A stretch of 64,000 nucleotides of DNA. Origin: the human T2T-CHM13v2.0 reference genome, Homo sapiens. Below are positions 1 to 11,335 of this stretch, piece after piece. The stretch lies in the NCBI RefSeq assembly GCF_009914755.1, contig NC_060932.1; one strand, 5' to 3'. The position numbers were made by a program, and so were the translations under genes. Each line of letters begins with the position of its first letter. Within the stretch, counting starts at the first letter, position 1. The notes beneath the pieces were generated by a model. It made no database searches. It was not told the origin of the DNA and was given only the letters and a program-made list of their open reading frames with translations.

Positions 1-1137
1 AAACGTTAGACCTAAAACTATAAAAATCCTAGAAGAAAACCTAGGCAATATCATGCAGGACATAGGCATGGGCAAAGACTTCATGACTAAATGACCAAAA
101 GCAATGGCAACACAAGCCAAAATTGACAAATGGGATCTAATTAAAGTAAAGAGCTTCTGCACAGCAAAAGAAACTATCATCAGAGTGAACTGGCAACCTA
201 CAGAATGGGAGAAAATTTTTGCAATCTATCCACCTGACAAAGGGCTACTATCCAGAATCTACAAAGAATTTAAACAAATTTACAAGAACAAAACAAACAA
301 CCCCATCAAAAAGTGGGTGAAGGATATGAACAGACAATTCTCAAAAGAAGACATATATGCAGCCAACAAACATATAAAAAATGCTCATCATCACTGGTCA
401 TTAGAGAAATGCAAATCAAAACCACAGTGAGATACCATTTCACACCAGTTAGAATGGCAGTCATTAAAACGTCAGGAAACAACAGATGCTGGAGAGGATG
501 TGGAGAGATAGGAGTGCTTTTACACTGTTGGTGGGATTGTAAATTAGTGCGACCATTGTGGAGATGTGTGACAATTTCTCAAGGGTCTAGAACTAGAAAT
601 ACCATTTGACCCAGCAATCCCATTACTGGGTATATATCCAAAGGATTATAAAGCATTCTACTATAAAGACACATGCACACATATGTTTATTGTGGCACTG
701 TTCACAATGGCAAAGACATGGAACCAACCCAAATACCCATCACTGATAGACTGGATAAAGAAAATGTGGAACATATATATCTTGGAACACTATGCAGCCA
801 TAAAAAAGGATGAGTTCATGTCCTTTGCCCAGACATAGATGAAGCTGGAAATCATCATTCTCAGGACACTAACACAAGAACAGAAAACCAAACACCAAAT
901 GTTCTCACTCATAAATGGGAGTTGAACAATGAGAACACATGGACACAGGGAGGGGAACATCACACACTGGGACCTGTCGGGGGGATAGGGGCTAGGGGAG
1001 GGATAGCATTAGGAGAAATACCTAATGAAGATGACGGGTTGATAGGTGCAGGAAACTACCATGGCACATGTATACCTATGTAACAAACCTCCACATTCTG
1101 CACATGTACCCTAGAACTTAAAGTATAATAAAAAAAG
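1..1137 (+). mobile_element. LINE-1 (L1PA7-like) 3' end: ORF2 C-terminus, 3'UTR and A-tail; continues left of the window
   Basis: ORFs 104-430 and 313-609 translate to frameshifted L1 ORF2 C-terminal peptides ([26 protein letters not shown]). G-rich 3'UTR at ~980-1003, ends in ctagaacttaaagtataataaaaaaa. Confidence 0.95.
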
Positions 1138-2399
1138 GGAAATAAACACATTTTTAAGCAATGATGTTCATTGCAATATTATTTATAATAAAATGTCACA
1201 AACCTACCTACTTAACAATAAGTGATTAGTAAAAGAAAGTATGGTTCAACTATATGTGATGCAGTAGGCAGCCATTAAAATGTATGAGAATCATAAAAAC
1301 ATGGTAAATATTTATTATATAATATCAAATGGAAAATTCAAGTTACAAAGTAGAATATGCAAGGAGATTCTAATTTATATATAGACCCAGATATAGAGCC
1401 AAATGAAGTGGCTAAGTTAGGTGACAGGATTACAAGTAATTGTCTTCCTTTTTGTTGTTTTTCTGTATTTTCCAAATGTTCTTCAAAGGAATGGTATTGC
1501 CTTTATAATAGGAGGAATATCCAATGCACTTTGTAAAAATGATAGTAGTATATTACTTTTGAAAGGAATGAATCAAAATGCAGTTTAATGATATTGTAAT
1601 CTTTTGTAGAGAGCAGACCTCTATATATCTATAATAAATGGATAACAAAACATATTTTGCTGAACAGAGCCAATACCACTTTGTGGGCTACTGTTGTTTT
1701 TTCTGTGACTTTTGATCATAATTTCAGATGATGTAGTGGACATTTGTTGTAAGCCCCAAGAATAATTTTTCCTGAAGATTTTCTGCAAATAACTTTTACA
1801 CACTAAAAGATTGAAATAGAATCAAAACTTATAAAATCAGGCAAGACAGGGGGAAAAAAGGTTCAAAGGGTCCTACTGTAATTTTTCAAAAGAACACATT
1901 GTTCCCTCATTGCTTTGTCTCCATTAAAAAGACCTATGTGCTTTGCTTTAATTTATACCGAAGACAGTTGGAATTTGGAATAAATTAAAGTATAAGATGA
2001 CTTTCAAGAATAATGTCAGGATAAGAAAGCTTCTATTATACACTAGCTAAACATTTTTAAGTCCATTTTGTCAGATAAAGCTTAAAGCATTCTGGGTCAA
2101 GAGAATTTTAATCTAAACTCCTTGCTCATTTCTTTTATTTTCAATGTCAATTGACTACATGTTCATTCCAGCTGATAAAATCCTCAGTAGCAAATGCCTG
2201 AGGAATGCCTGTCAGAAGTCATCAGTGTGCCACTGATTGCTCAAATTGAATCAACTTTCCTTTAAAATTATTTTTTAGTATTTAAGTTTGTTCTCATGAT
2301 TAAGAAAAATTACAACTTCAATTTGTAAATCTCTTAAAATTTCTAGGTCATTTATTCCAACATGATAAAACCTTTTCTTCAAGTGAAAGTGAATATTGA

Positions 2400-2720
2400 G
2401 AATCTTCAGTGCATTTTTAGTTCCTTTGTCTTTATCTTCATTGCCATTCTTTATGCATGGCTTCATTTACCTCCTCATTTGTCTTGTTACAGACAACATT
2501 TTTGTCTTCAGATATGTCCTGATAGATGTCTCCTGGAATTCCAGTTTTATTATATCTTCTCTCTTTCTTGCATCTGCAATGACAACCTGTTGACCATGAA
2601 CTCATATTGACACAACTCAGTCTTACATTAGTGTCCCTCCATGGGGCTACACTATCTACACAATCCCACCTAAAGTACCTCTGAACAGATATTCTCTGCT
2701 CTGGAATGGTTGTGCTTCTT
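2400..2720 (+). mobile_element. Degenerate L2 fragment
   Basis: atggcttcatttacc...tctcctggaattccag resembles the L2 3' region; highly diverged. Confidence 0.45.
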
Positions 2721-2793
2721 TTTGCTACATAGTATGTTATTCTTTTCTTTTTTGTCATTTCTCATGTTTTATCTCCATCTAAAATGTCTTTCT

Positions 2794-3090
2794 GGTCAGG
2801 CATGGTGGTTCATACCAGCACTTAGGCTGAACCAGGAGGATTGCTTGAGCCCAGAAATTTGAGAACAGCCTAGACAACCTGGCAAGGCCCTGTTTCTACA
2901 AAAATTTTAAAAATTATCCAAGCATGGTGGTGCACACCAGTGGTCCCAGCTACTCAGGAAGCTGAGGAAGGAGGATTTCTTGAGCCCAGAGGTTGAGGCT
3001 GCGTAAGTCATGTTTGTACCACTGCACTCCAGTCTGGGCAACAGAACATGACTCTGTTTCAAAATAATAAATAAATAAATAAATAAATAA
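2794..3090 (+). mobile_element. AluJ with (AAAT)n tail
   Basis: Dimeric Alu (gaggattgcttgagcccag, ccactgcactccag). Approximate TSD aaatgtctttct / aataatctttct. Confidence 0.92.
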
Positions 3091-3519
3091 TCTTTCTAGG
3101 CCTTTACCTCTCTGCTCGCATCCTGAACAACATTAATGTCCTATCTCTGTTCTTTGAAAATCCTTTGACCATCACTTTTACTTTCCTCAACATTTTACCA
3201 CCTGATTTAGTTGTCTTGAATAGGTATCTGATTATCTAAGTCGTACATATATAGGTGCTCCTTCCACAAAATTATAAGCTTTTTGTTATTACAGACTGTA
3301 TCTTACAATGTGTGTAACTCAACTATCAGAATAAAATGGCCCACCAATGAATTGGGGTTAATAAACTTTGGAGAAATTACTTAATTATATTGTCTTTTAT
3401 TATATCATCCAGAATATGATTACTAGTTTTAGAACTATTTTCTAAAGACATGAAATTTGGCCAATTACTCATAAATGTGTGTAAGGGAATGCCATGGAGA
3501 TAGAAAGAGATATATGAGC

Positions 3520-4080
3520 TTATTTATTTCCTAAATCTTCATTGCACCTCCTGTTTATCAGGCACTGAGTAGACATTGATAAAAATGTAATGCCAAAAAG
3601 TTTATGCAAACTAAAATGTAATTGAGTTAAAAGATACTACACAAGTTATCAAATACGTGCACAAGAAATATATAAATGATTATAAGTGCTGTGAAAGACA
3701 AGATCAGCAATGGAGAAAATTAGAGGGAGGGAGGGAGGGAAAAGTACAAGGTAAACAAGCTGTCTGGAGTGACCTGGAGGAAAGGCGTCAGCTACATGAA
3801 GAGGAAGTAAGGGGATTTTGCAGGTTCTGGGAACAGTATATGAAAAAGCTTACAGATGGGAACAAAATAAAGTCATGGTAGCTTTGAAGCATTAAAGAAA
3901 GGCCAGTAAGGTGAGGGCAGAGTAACATGAGACAAGGATGGAGAAATTGTCAGGACCGCAGACCACAGACAGCATTATGGGCCATGCAAAAAAATTGTGG
4001 ATCTGATTTAAACTGAAATGTAAATTGATTTGTTCTTTAAACTCAGCTTAACTGGAATGTAGAAAATGGATTACAGAATA
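3520..4080 (-). mobile_element. L2 fragment
   Basis: Antisense L2 motifs: ttatttattt...caggcactg, gataagtgctgtgaaag, gaaaggccagt...ggagaaattgtcaggacc...gggccatg. Confidence 0.65.
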
Positions 4081-5469
4081 TCCAACAATACAAAGTGTTT
4101 ATGTTTTTTATTTGCCAAATCTATGTTATTCATCGAGCCATATCACCTAAGATAATGAAATAACATAATATCTTCTAAAGGTAGATTGTTTAAAACTTTT
4201 ACAATTGATCATTAGACAATAGTCAGTTTTTTAAATAATAGTTGTAGAACCTAGAGAAACCTGTTGTTTTATTTATATTTCAGTGGCAATATAAAATGCC
4301 TCTAGTTCAGCTTCACTAAGCTCCCTTTCCATTAATACTACGTGGAATGGTTTTCTGTCTGGTCATCCATGTCCAGGCGGGGTATTATGAGACATCTATA
4401 TAGGATGCCTCACCCCATAACTGATTATATTCAAACCCAAGACTGGAATTTTCTGATAAAAAGCATTTCTATGTAATCTTTGATAATTGTCAAATTCAAA
4501 AGCGTCTTTTTACCTCTGTTTAACTAAGATTAAAATGAATTTTAATTGCTTCATCCTTACATTTAAGAAAAACAGTTAATGTATTACCCCACCTAATATC
4601 TTAGACTTAATTTGTCAGCTAATATTTTTCTAACCTTCTCAAGGAATGGCTCAAAGTAAGTTAATTATGTTTCTGTGAAGTTGGACATTTGGGAGGAAAG
4701 AAAAGTCTTGTATCTACATACCCTAATCTGCAATATCCTTTCCAATTCATGATAAGAAATGACCTAAATCAACCAAATTAGCAGAAGATATGTAGGAGTT
4801 TAGCTTACATGGCCCTCATGTGATTGCTGTAGTGAAATCACAGAAAGCATCCAATTTTAAACTGATCTTGATGTGAGATGAGTAGATGCTAAACAATCCT
4901 CTATTTCTTCTCAGCGTGTTTCAATAACAAATTCCATTTTCAACAGTTACATGATTACAAGCTCTGAAATTAAATTTCATGATGAATAATTAAGCACCCT
5001 TCAGAGTCCCTGGGAGAAATCACCATCGCTGCAGAACAAACACTTGGAATAATCGATTGGGAGTCAATTGGCAAGCACTTCAGTTTTAATTTGCAGTTCA
5101 GAAGGATCCTCCTTCTCTTCAGCCATTAGGGAGTGTGTGGCTTCCCCTCCTTGTCCCATTTGGGGGTGGGGGCAGGGAAATAGGACTTTGTCTTGCTCTG
5201 GTATTGTTTCACACTGTAATATGTGAGTACTGAGCTTTAAAAGATACCCATACAAGAGAGTTCCACAGTAACCATAAAATCGTAACTGCTATCAAAGTCC
5301 TGACAAGTTAATCTTTCTTTTACAGCCACAGGTGAAAACAATGAAAAATGTAAATTTAACATTTTTATTCATTTATTTTTATTCTGGAGTTCAGGGGATA
5401 GCCAATGCAGGAGTACTATATAGAACAAGGACCATGACTTTTTTTTTTTTTGAAAAAAACTATATTCCA

Positions 5470-6037
5470 ACCACTTGATTAGGATTCAGAGCAAATAGAT
5501 TAAATTATCAGTGTCTCAGTTGCTTTATCTATAAAATGGGTGTGATGGTTAATTTGTCAAGTTGACAGGGACATAGAGTGGCCAGATATTTGGTCAAACA
5601 CTCTTCTGGGTGTTTCTGTGAGAGTATGTCTGAATGGGATTCACATTTAACTCAGTAGACTGAGTGAAACAGAATGCCCTTTCTAAGGTGGCCATCCATT
5701 GAAGGCCTGAATAGAACAAAAGACTAAGAGAGAATTCTCCTGCCTGATGGCCTTCAAACTGAAACATTAGCTCTTCCTGGTTCTGCTGCAGCTTCTGGCC
5801 CTCAGACCCAAGCTAGGATGTGGCTTTGCAGATTTTGCACTTGACTGTCTCCATAATCATGTAAGCTAATTCCTTATAATAAATCTCTTTTATTAAAATA
5901 AATAAGATAATATTTTATTATAAGATAACAAACCATCTTTTTGTTATGAGATTTAAAGAGATAAAATATCTTTTATGATCATTTTTAGTATAAAATAATC
6001 TTTTATTACAAGAAATAAGCTCACGATACACACACAT

Positions 6038-6070
<33 letters not shown>

Positions 6071-6215
6071 CATCATATATATACATCCTATTGTTTCTGT
6101 TTCTCTGGAGAACTCTGACTAATACAATGGCTATAATAACATTTTTCAAAGTTGTTGTGAAGAGTAAATGAGATTATAAATAAAAGATCTCTCACATACA
6201 CAGTATTTGGCCAAA
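5470..6215 (+). mobile_element. MIR interrupted by the MLT2 LTR
   Basis: MIR core tctcagttgctttatctataaaatggg before 5541 resumes after 6126 as ataataac...gttgttgtgaagagtaaatgaga. Confidence 0.75.
5541..6126 (+). mobile_element. MLT2 (ERVL) solo LTR with internal AT-rich patch and (CA)n(TA)n
   Basis: Starts tgtgatggttaattt, ends ggagaactctgactaataca. 5-bp TSD atggg/atggc. Confidence 0.9.
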
Positions 6216-6454
6216 GTAGACAGTTCTCCCTAAGGATAAAGTCTGGATGATTCCTTATTCACAAACCAGAAGGTTACAGAAATGATATTCAGTTTATTTC
6301 CATTTTCAAAAAATTTAACCTGCCTTCAGTACACATAGGACCATGTATACGAGTGAAATATTCATCTGTCCCACAACAATGCTGCTTCCTGAGCCCACTG
6401 TGGCCTGGCTGGGCTATGATGTAATGGGAAGGTAGATACTGGTGGTCTGGTATA

Positions 6455-6750
6455 AAGCAAAATTTCTGTAAAGGACCAGATTATGGGTATCACAGTCTCT
6501 GTTGCAACTATTTACCTCTGTTCTTATGGTGAGAAGGCAGCTATAGACAACATGCAAACAAATGAGTAAGCTGTTTTCTGATAAAACTTATTTACCGACA
6601 CTGAAATTTGAAATTTGAATGCTATATAATTTTCACTTTTCACAAAACATTATACTTCAATTGTCTTCAACCATTTAAAAATGGAAAAACAATTTTTGGT
6701 TCACAGGTGGTACAAAAATAAGTGGAGTCCTGTATTTGTCCAGTGGGTGT
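6455..6750 (+). mobile_element. MER58B-like hAT-Charlie MITE
   Basis: tttctgtaaaggaccag...gtctctgttgcaact...gacactgaaatttgaa...caaccatttaaaaatg. Confidence 0.75.
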
Positions 6751-6755
6751 GGATG

Positions 6756-7740
6756 TGTTGTGGGAAGTCAGGGATCCTGAATGGAGGGACCAGCTGAAGC
6801 CATGGCAGAAGAACATAAATTGTGAAGATTTCATGGACATTTATTAGTTCCCCAAATTAATACTTCTATAATTTCTTACACTTGTCTTTACTGCAATCTC
6901 TGAACATAAATTGCGAAGATTTCATGGACACTTATCACTTCCCCAATGAATACTCTTGTGATTTCCTATGCCATCTTTACTTTAATCTCTTAATCCCGTT
7001 ATCTTCATAAGCTGAGGATGACTGTCGCCTCAGGATCCTGTGATGATTGTGTTAACTGCACAAATTGTTTAAACAATATGAAATCTGGGCACCTTGAAAA
7101 AACAACAGGATAAGAGCAATGTTCAGGAACAAGGGAGATAACTTTAAAGTCTGGCTGCCTGTGGGCCGGGTGGAACAGAGCCATATTTCTCTTCTTTCAA
7201 AAGCAAATAGGAGAAATATTGCTGAATTCTTTTTCTCAGCAAGGAACATCCCTGAGAAAGAGAATGCGTTCCCAAGGGGAGGTCTCTAAAATGGCCGCTT
7301 TGGGAACATCTGTCTTTAATGTTTGTAGATAAGGGATGAAATGAGCCCCAGGCTCCCATAGCACTCCCAGGCTTATGAGGAGGAGGAAATTCCCACCTAA
7401 TAAATTTTGGTCAGACCAGTTGTCTGCTCTCAAACCCTGTCTCCTGATAAGATGTTATCAATGACAATGCGTGCCCAAAACTTCATTAGCAATTTTAATT
7501 TTCGCCCTGGTCCTGTGATCTTGCCCTGCCTCCATTTGCCCTGTGATATTTTATTACCTTGTGAAGCATGTGCGGCCTGGGGGGCATCATGGAACCTGCC
7601 AACATGTGATGTCTCCCCCGGACACCCAGCTTTAAAATTTATCTCTTTTGTACTCTTTCCCTTTATTCTCAGACCAGCCGACACTTAGGGAAAATAGAAA
7701 AGGACCCACGTTGAATATTGGGAGCTGGCTTATCCTGATA
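6756..7740 (+). mobile_element. MER11C (HERVK11/HML-8) solo LTR
   Basis: Starts tgttgtgggaagtcaggga; carries the repeated gaacataaattgtgaagatttcatggaca units; ends ggcttatcctgata. 6-bp TSD tggatg/tggttg. Confidence 0.92.
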
Positions 7741-7769
7741 TGGTTGAAAGAGGCTAAGCTGAGAATCCC

Positions 7770-7915
7770 ACACCTGGGCTCCAGATCATCACTATCAGTA
7801 ACTCTGTGCCACTGAGACCAGCGATATGTTCCCTTCGGCCCTCAGTTTTATCATTTGTAAAATAGAAGGATGAACTTGATCATGTTTAAATTTTCCTCCT
7901 GCTCTAAATTATCTG
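7770..7915 (+). mobile_element. MIR (MIR3/MIRc-like) fragment
   Basis: cctcagttttatcatttgtaaaatagaag...ttcctcctgctctaaattatctg. Confidence 0.6.
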
Positions 7916-8199
7916 TCTCCAATTCTTAGTGTACTTATTGTTCCCAAGAAAGCAAAGGCAGAGCCATCCAGCCTTCTCTAACCCTGTTCATGTGGTTTTT
8001 TAGAGCCCTGGAGTCCCAAAGTTTCCAAACAGACCTGTGCTCTACTCTAAGGAGTAACATTGGCCTGTCCTTTAAGTACATCCTGAGGCTTTCTGGGGGA
8101 AGGTGAACCAGAAATTCTGCTTCAATTGCTTACCATTGGGGGGAATAGAATCCTTTTCCTTTGTGACTTGGGTGGAAAGGCAAGAGGATATACTGAGAA

Positions 8200-8648
<449 letters not shown>

Positions 8649-8779
8649 TAAAAATGTAAACATATTTTAAAAGGAGAGAGTAATGTAGCCTCACTCTTGT
8701 CAAAAAGGCAAGAGGCAAGGACATCTGCAGAAAGATAAGGAGTGAAAGATCTGATGGGGAAGAGGTAGAAGTTTGGGGC

Positions 8780-8970
8780 AAAGCAGAACTGGATTTGAAT
8801 CCTATTTTTTCCCTTTGTGGGTTCTGTGACTTTAAACATGAAGTTGTCAAACACCTCTTTCACAATTTTCTCATTTATAAATACTGATTAAAATACTTAC
8901 TTTATTGGGGTATTGTAAAGATAAATGAGTTACTCTAATCATGGTTCCTGTATACAGAAGATACTCAATG
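8780..8970 (+). mobile_element. MIR
   Basis: ggatttgaatcc...ttttctcatttataaaa...attgtaaagataaatgag. Confidence 0.65.
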
Positions 8971-8997
8971 TCATTGTAAAACTATTCTATTTGCTAC

Positions 8998-9438
8998 TAT
9001 GGTATTTACAGAACAATGGCACCCCAAAATGTCCATGTCTTGATCACTGGAACCTGTGAGTATGCTAGGTTATAAGGCAAAGGGAAGGGAAGGTTGCAGA
9101 TGGAATTAAGGTTGCTAAGGAGCTGATTTCAGATGGGGGGATTATCTTGGATTATCCAGGTAGTCCTGATATCATCACAGGGGAAAAAGTAAGTGGGATA
9201 CAGACAGCCAGAGAGATGGTGGTGAAGGACTTGGCCTGCGACAAACCAAAGGAGGCCAGCAGCCTCTACATGATGGAAAAGGTGAGAAAATGGCTGCTCC
9301 CCTGGAGCCACCAAGAAGGAACATAGTGAGATCCATTTCATACATTTGTCTTCTAGAGCTATAAGACAAGAAATTTGTGTTGTTTTAAGCCACTAAATTT
9401 GTGGTGACTTATTAGAGCAGCAATTGGAAACTAATACA
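8998..9438 (+). mobile_element. MLT1D-like MaLR LTR
   Basis: cccaaaatgtccatgtc...ttgcagatggaattaaggttgc...ttttaagccactaaatttgtgg...ggaaactaataca. Confidence 0.85.
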
Positions 9439-9489
9439 TACTATTATTATTATTATTGTGATTATTATTATTATCCATGCAGAAAAACC

Positions 9490-9855
9490 CAGCTGTCCAC
9501 CAAAATATGTGATTCCCCCTTCTGCAGTGTAGAGATTTTGCTCTAAGCAGCTGCCTGGCCAGGAGCTCTATTTTCCAGCTCCTTGCATCTTGTGAAATCA
9601 TGCAACCAAAATTGGATTGCTTCTGGACCAAAGCACTTAAATAGGTGTGCCTTCCCTTTCTGGGCTACATGCAAAGAATCCCAAGTTACAACATGGAAAA
9701 TGCCTTGCCCCCTGAATCACTATCTGGATAAAAGTTACCTGCTCACCAGGAATACCTGCCTTGGACCATCACATGAACAAGAACAAAAATTGAATTATGT
9801 GAACCCCTGATGTTTTAGGATTTATTTGTGAAAGCTATCATTATTTTAGCTGAGG
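9490..9855 (+). mobile_element. Old MLT1 (I/J-like) LTR
   Basis: tttccagctccttgcatct...cctgaatcact...ggatttatttgt motifs. Confidence 0.55.
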
Positions 9856-10519
9856 TATTATCTGCCACTAAATTCCCATTCATTTTATTTCACTGGAAAA
9901 GTGGCCAGAAAACATCCTTCCCTTTTGCAATCCTTTTATCTCTTCAGGAAATTGCAAGTGTTTCCTTAGATCTATTTGTGAGAGTAACCCTGGTAGTTAC
10001 CCTTTTAATATCCTTTAATATTTCTATTGATGTAATCTCCCAATACCCCAATGCCTCAAGGAACTCTATTACTAAATTCTGAGACTACTATATTCAGATC
10101 CTTGTCTTGAGACATTGAGAAATACAGTGTTATAGAATTGTATATTTGAGGAGGAACAAACATTGTTCTCACCTCGTCCATGTTCTTATGCACAGAGAGC
10201 TTTCCTACATCAGGCCTGGCCTTCTCTACTCCTGGCACCCAGAGCCAGGCCCCCTGTTCCTGCTATCACTCTTAGTCATTCTGGATGTTTTAGAAAGTTT
10301 GTAAATGTGAGCACTCATCAAGGGGCTAAATTGCGGTTGGGAGAAAACTGGCAGGACATGATAATTATAAACATTTATTTAAAAAAAAATGATATGTTCT
10401 CAAAGCAAACGGAGTCACCCCATAAGGTGTCATAGCTGGAGTGGTGTGTAAGGCTGCAGAACACACTCTCAGCTTGCTCTCCTTTGGGGCCAAAGTGTGT
10501 TGTACAGGACATCCATGGA

Positions 10520-10690
10520 CGTTAAAGGAAGAAAGACAAGTTCTGGGCTCAAATAAGTTTGGGATAGCCTGAATTAAACATGATAAACATATTTGTTTTC
10601 TTTGACATTATTGGTGCTTTCGTTCTATGTTTTAAAATGTGAACTATAGTATGCAAGTTTTCTAATTATATTTGATCATGGACTTACATA
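10520..10690 (+). mobile_element. MER103-like hAT-Charlie fragment
   Basis: gttctgggctcaaataagtttgggatagcctgaattaaaca. Confidence 0.5.
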
Positions 10691-11149
10691 CACATATATG
10701 GAATATATGTATACAAGTAAATACAAATGTACAAGAAATCAACATTTTTAAAAATATTTTCATAAATTACCTTGCTAGCAATGCAGATTTAGGGGCTAAA
10801 TTTCTAGCTTGTATATTATTCAACTTACTTTCATTTCCTCCTTTAACTGAATGGTTTTGCCCTGTGTGCATATTTTCCAGCTAGTGTCAGTGAACAGGGA
10901 GGTAGAAATCTCAGACCATTTCCTGGTTTACTGTTTTATTTTGTCCAAGGTTACAAAGAATGTTTTGATTTCAAAGACAATCATACTCATGTTTTCTTAA
11001 GTCTAGTGTCTCCGTGGAAAATCCAGGGATAATGTTAAATGGCCTGCCTAGAACTTCCTTCTTTCCCAGCATATGAATACAAGTTTTCAACGACAAAACT
11101 TTATCCTGCACAATTTAAAAAAGGATTGAAGCAGCCTGGGACCCCTAGT

Positions 11150-11335
11150 GGAGAAGCAGTGTAGTACGCGGCTCAAATCTCTGGCTGTGAAATCTGGCAG
11201 GCCTGATGCCAGTCTTGAAGCTGTGTGATCTTGGGAAAGTCCTTGTGTCTCAATTCCTCTTCTGTGAAGTAGGGACAACAATACCTACTTTGCAGGCATG
11301 TTATGAAATTAAATGAGATAATGTATACCAATCAC
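11150..11335 (+). mobile_element. MIRb
   Basis: agcagtgtagt...gctgtgtgatcttgggaaagt...attaaatgagataatgtat. Confidence 0.8.

Noticed and set aside
1725-1776. Possible C/D-box snoRNA (atgatg...ctga)
   Set aside because: The C box is imperfect, the span is too short and there is no terminal stem.
2438-2758. 106-aa Cys-containing minus-strand ORF
   Set aside because: It overlaps a decayed L2 fragment and has no protein-family resemblance.
6809-6930. Repeated gaacataaattgtgaagatttcatggaca units resembling a repeat-spacer (CRISPR-like) array
   Set aside because: There are only two units, and they are an intrinsic part of the MER11 LTR. The context is eukaryotic with no cas genes.
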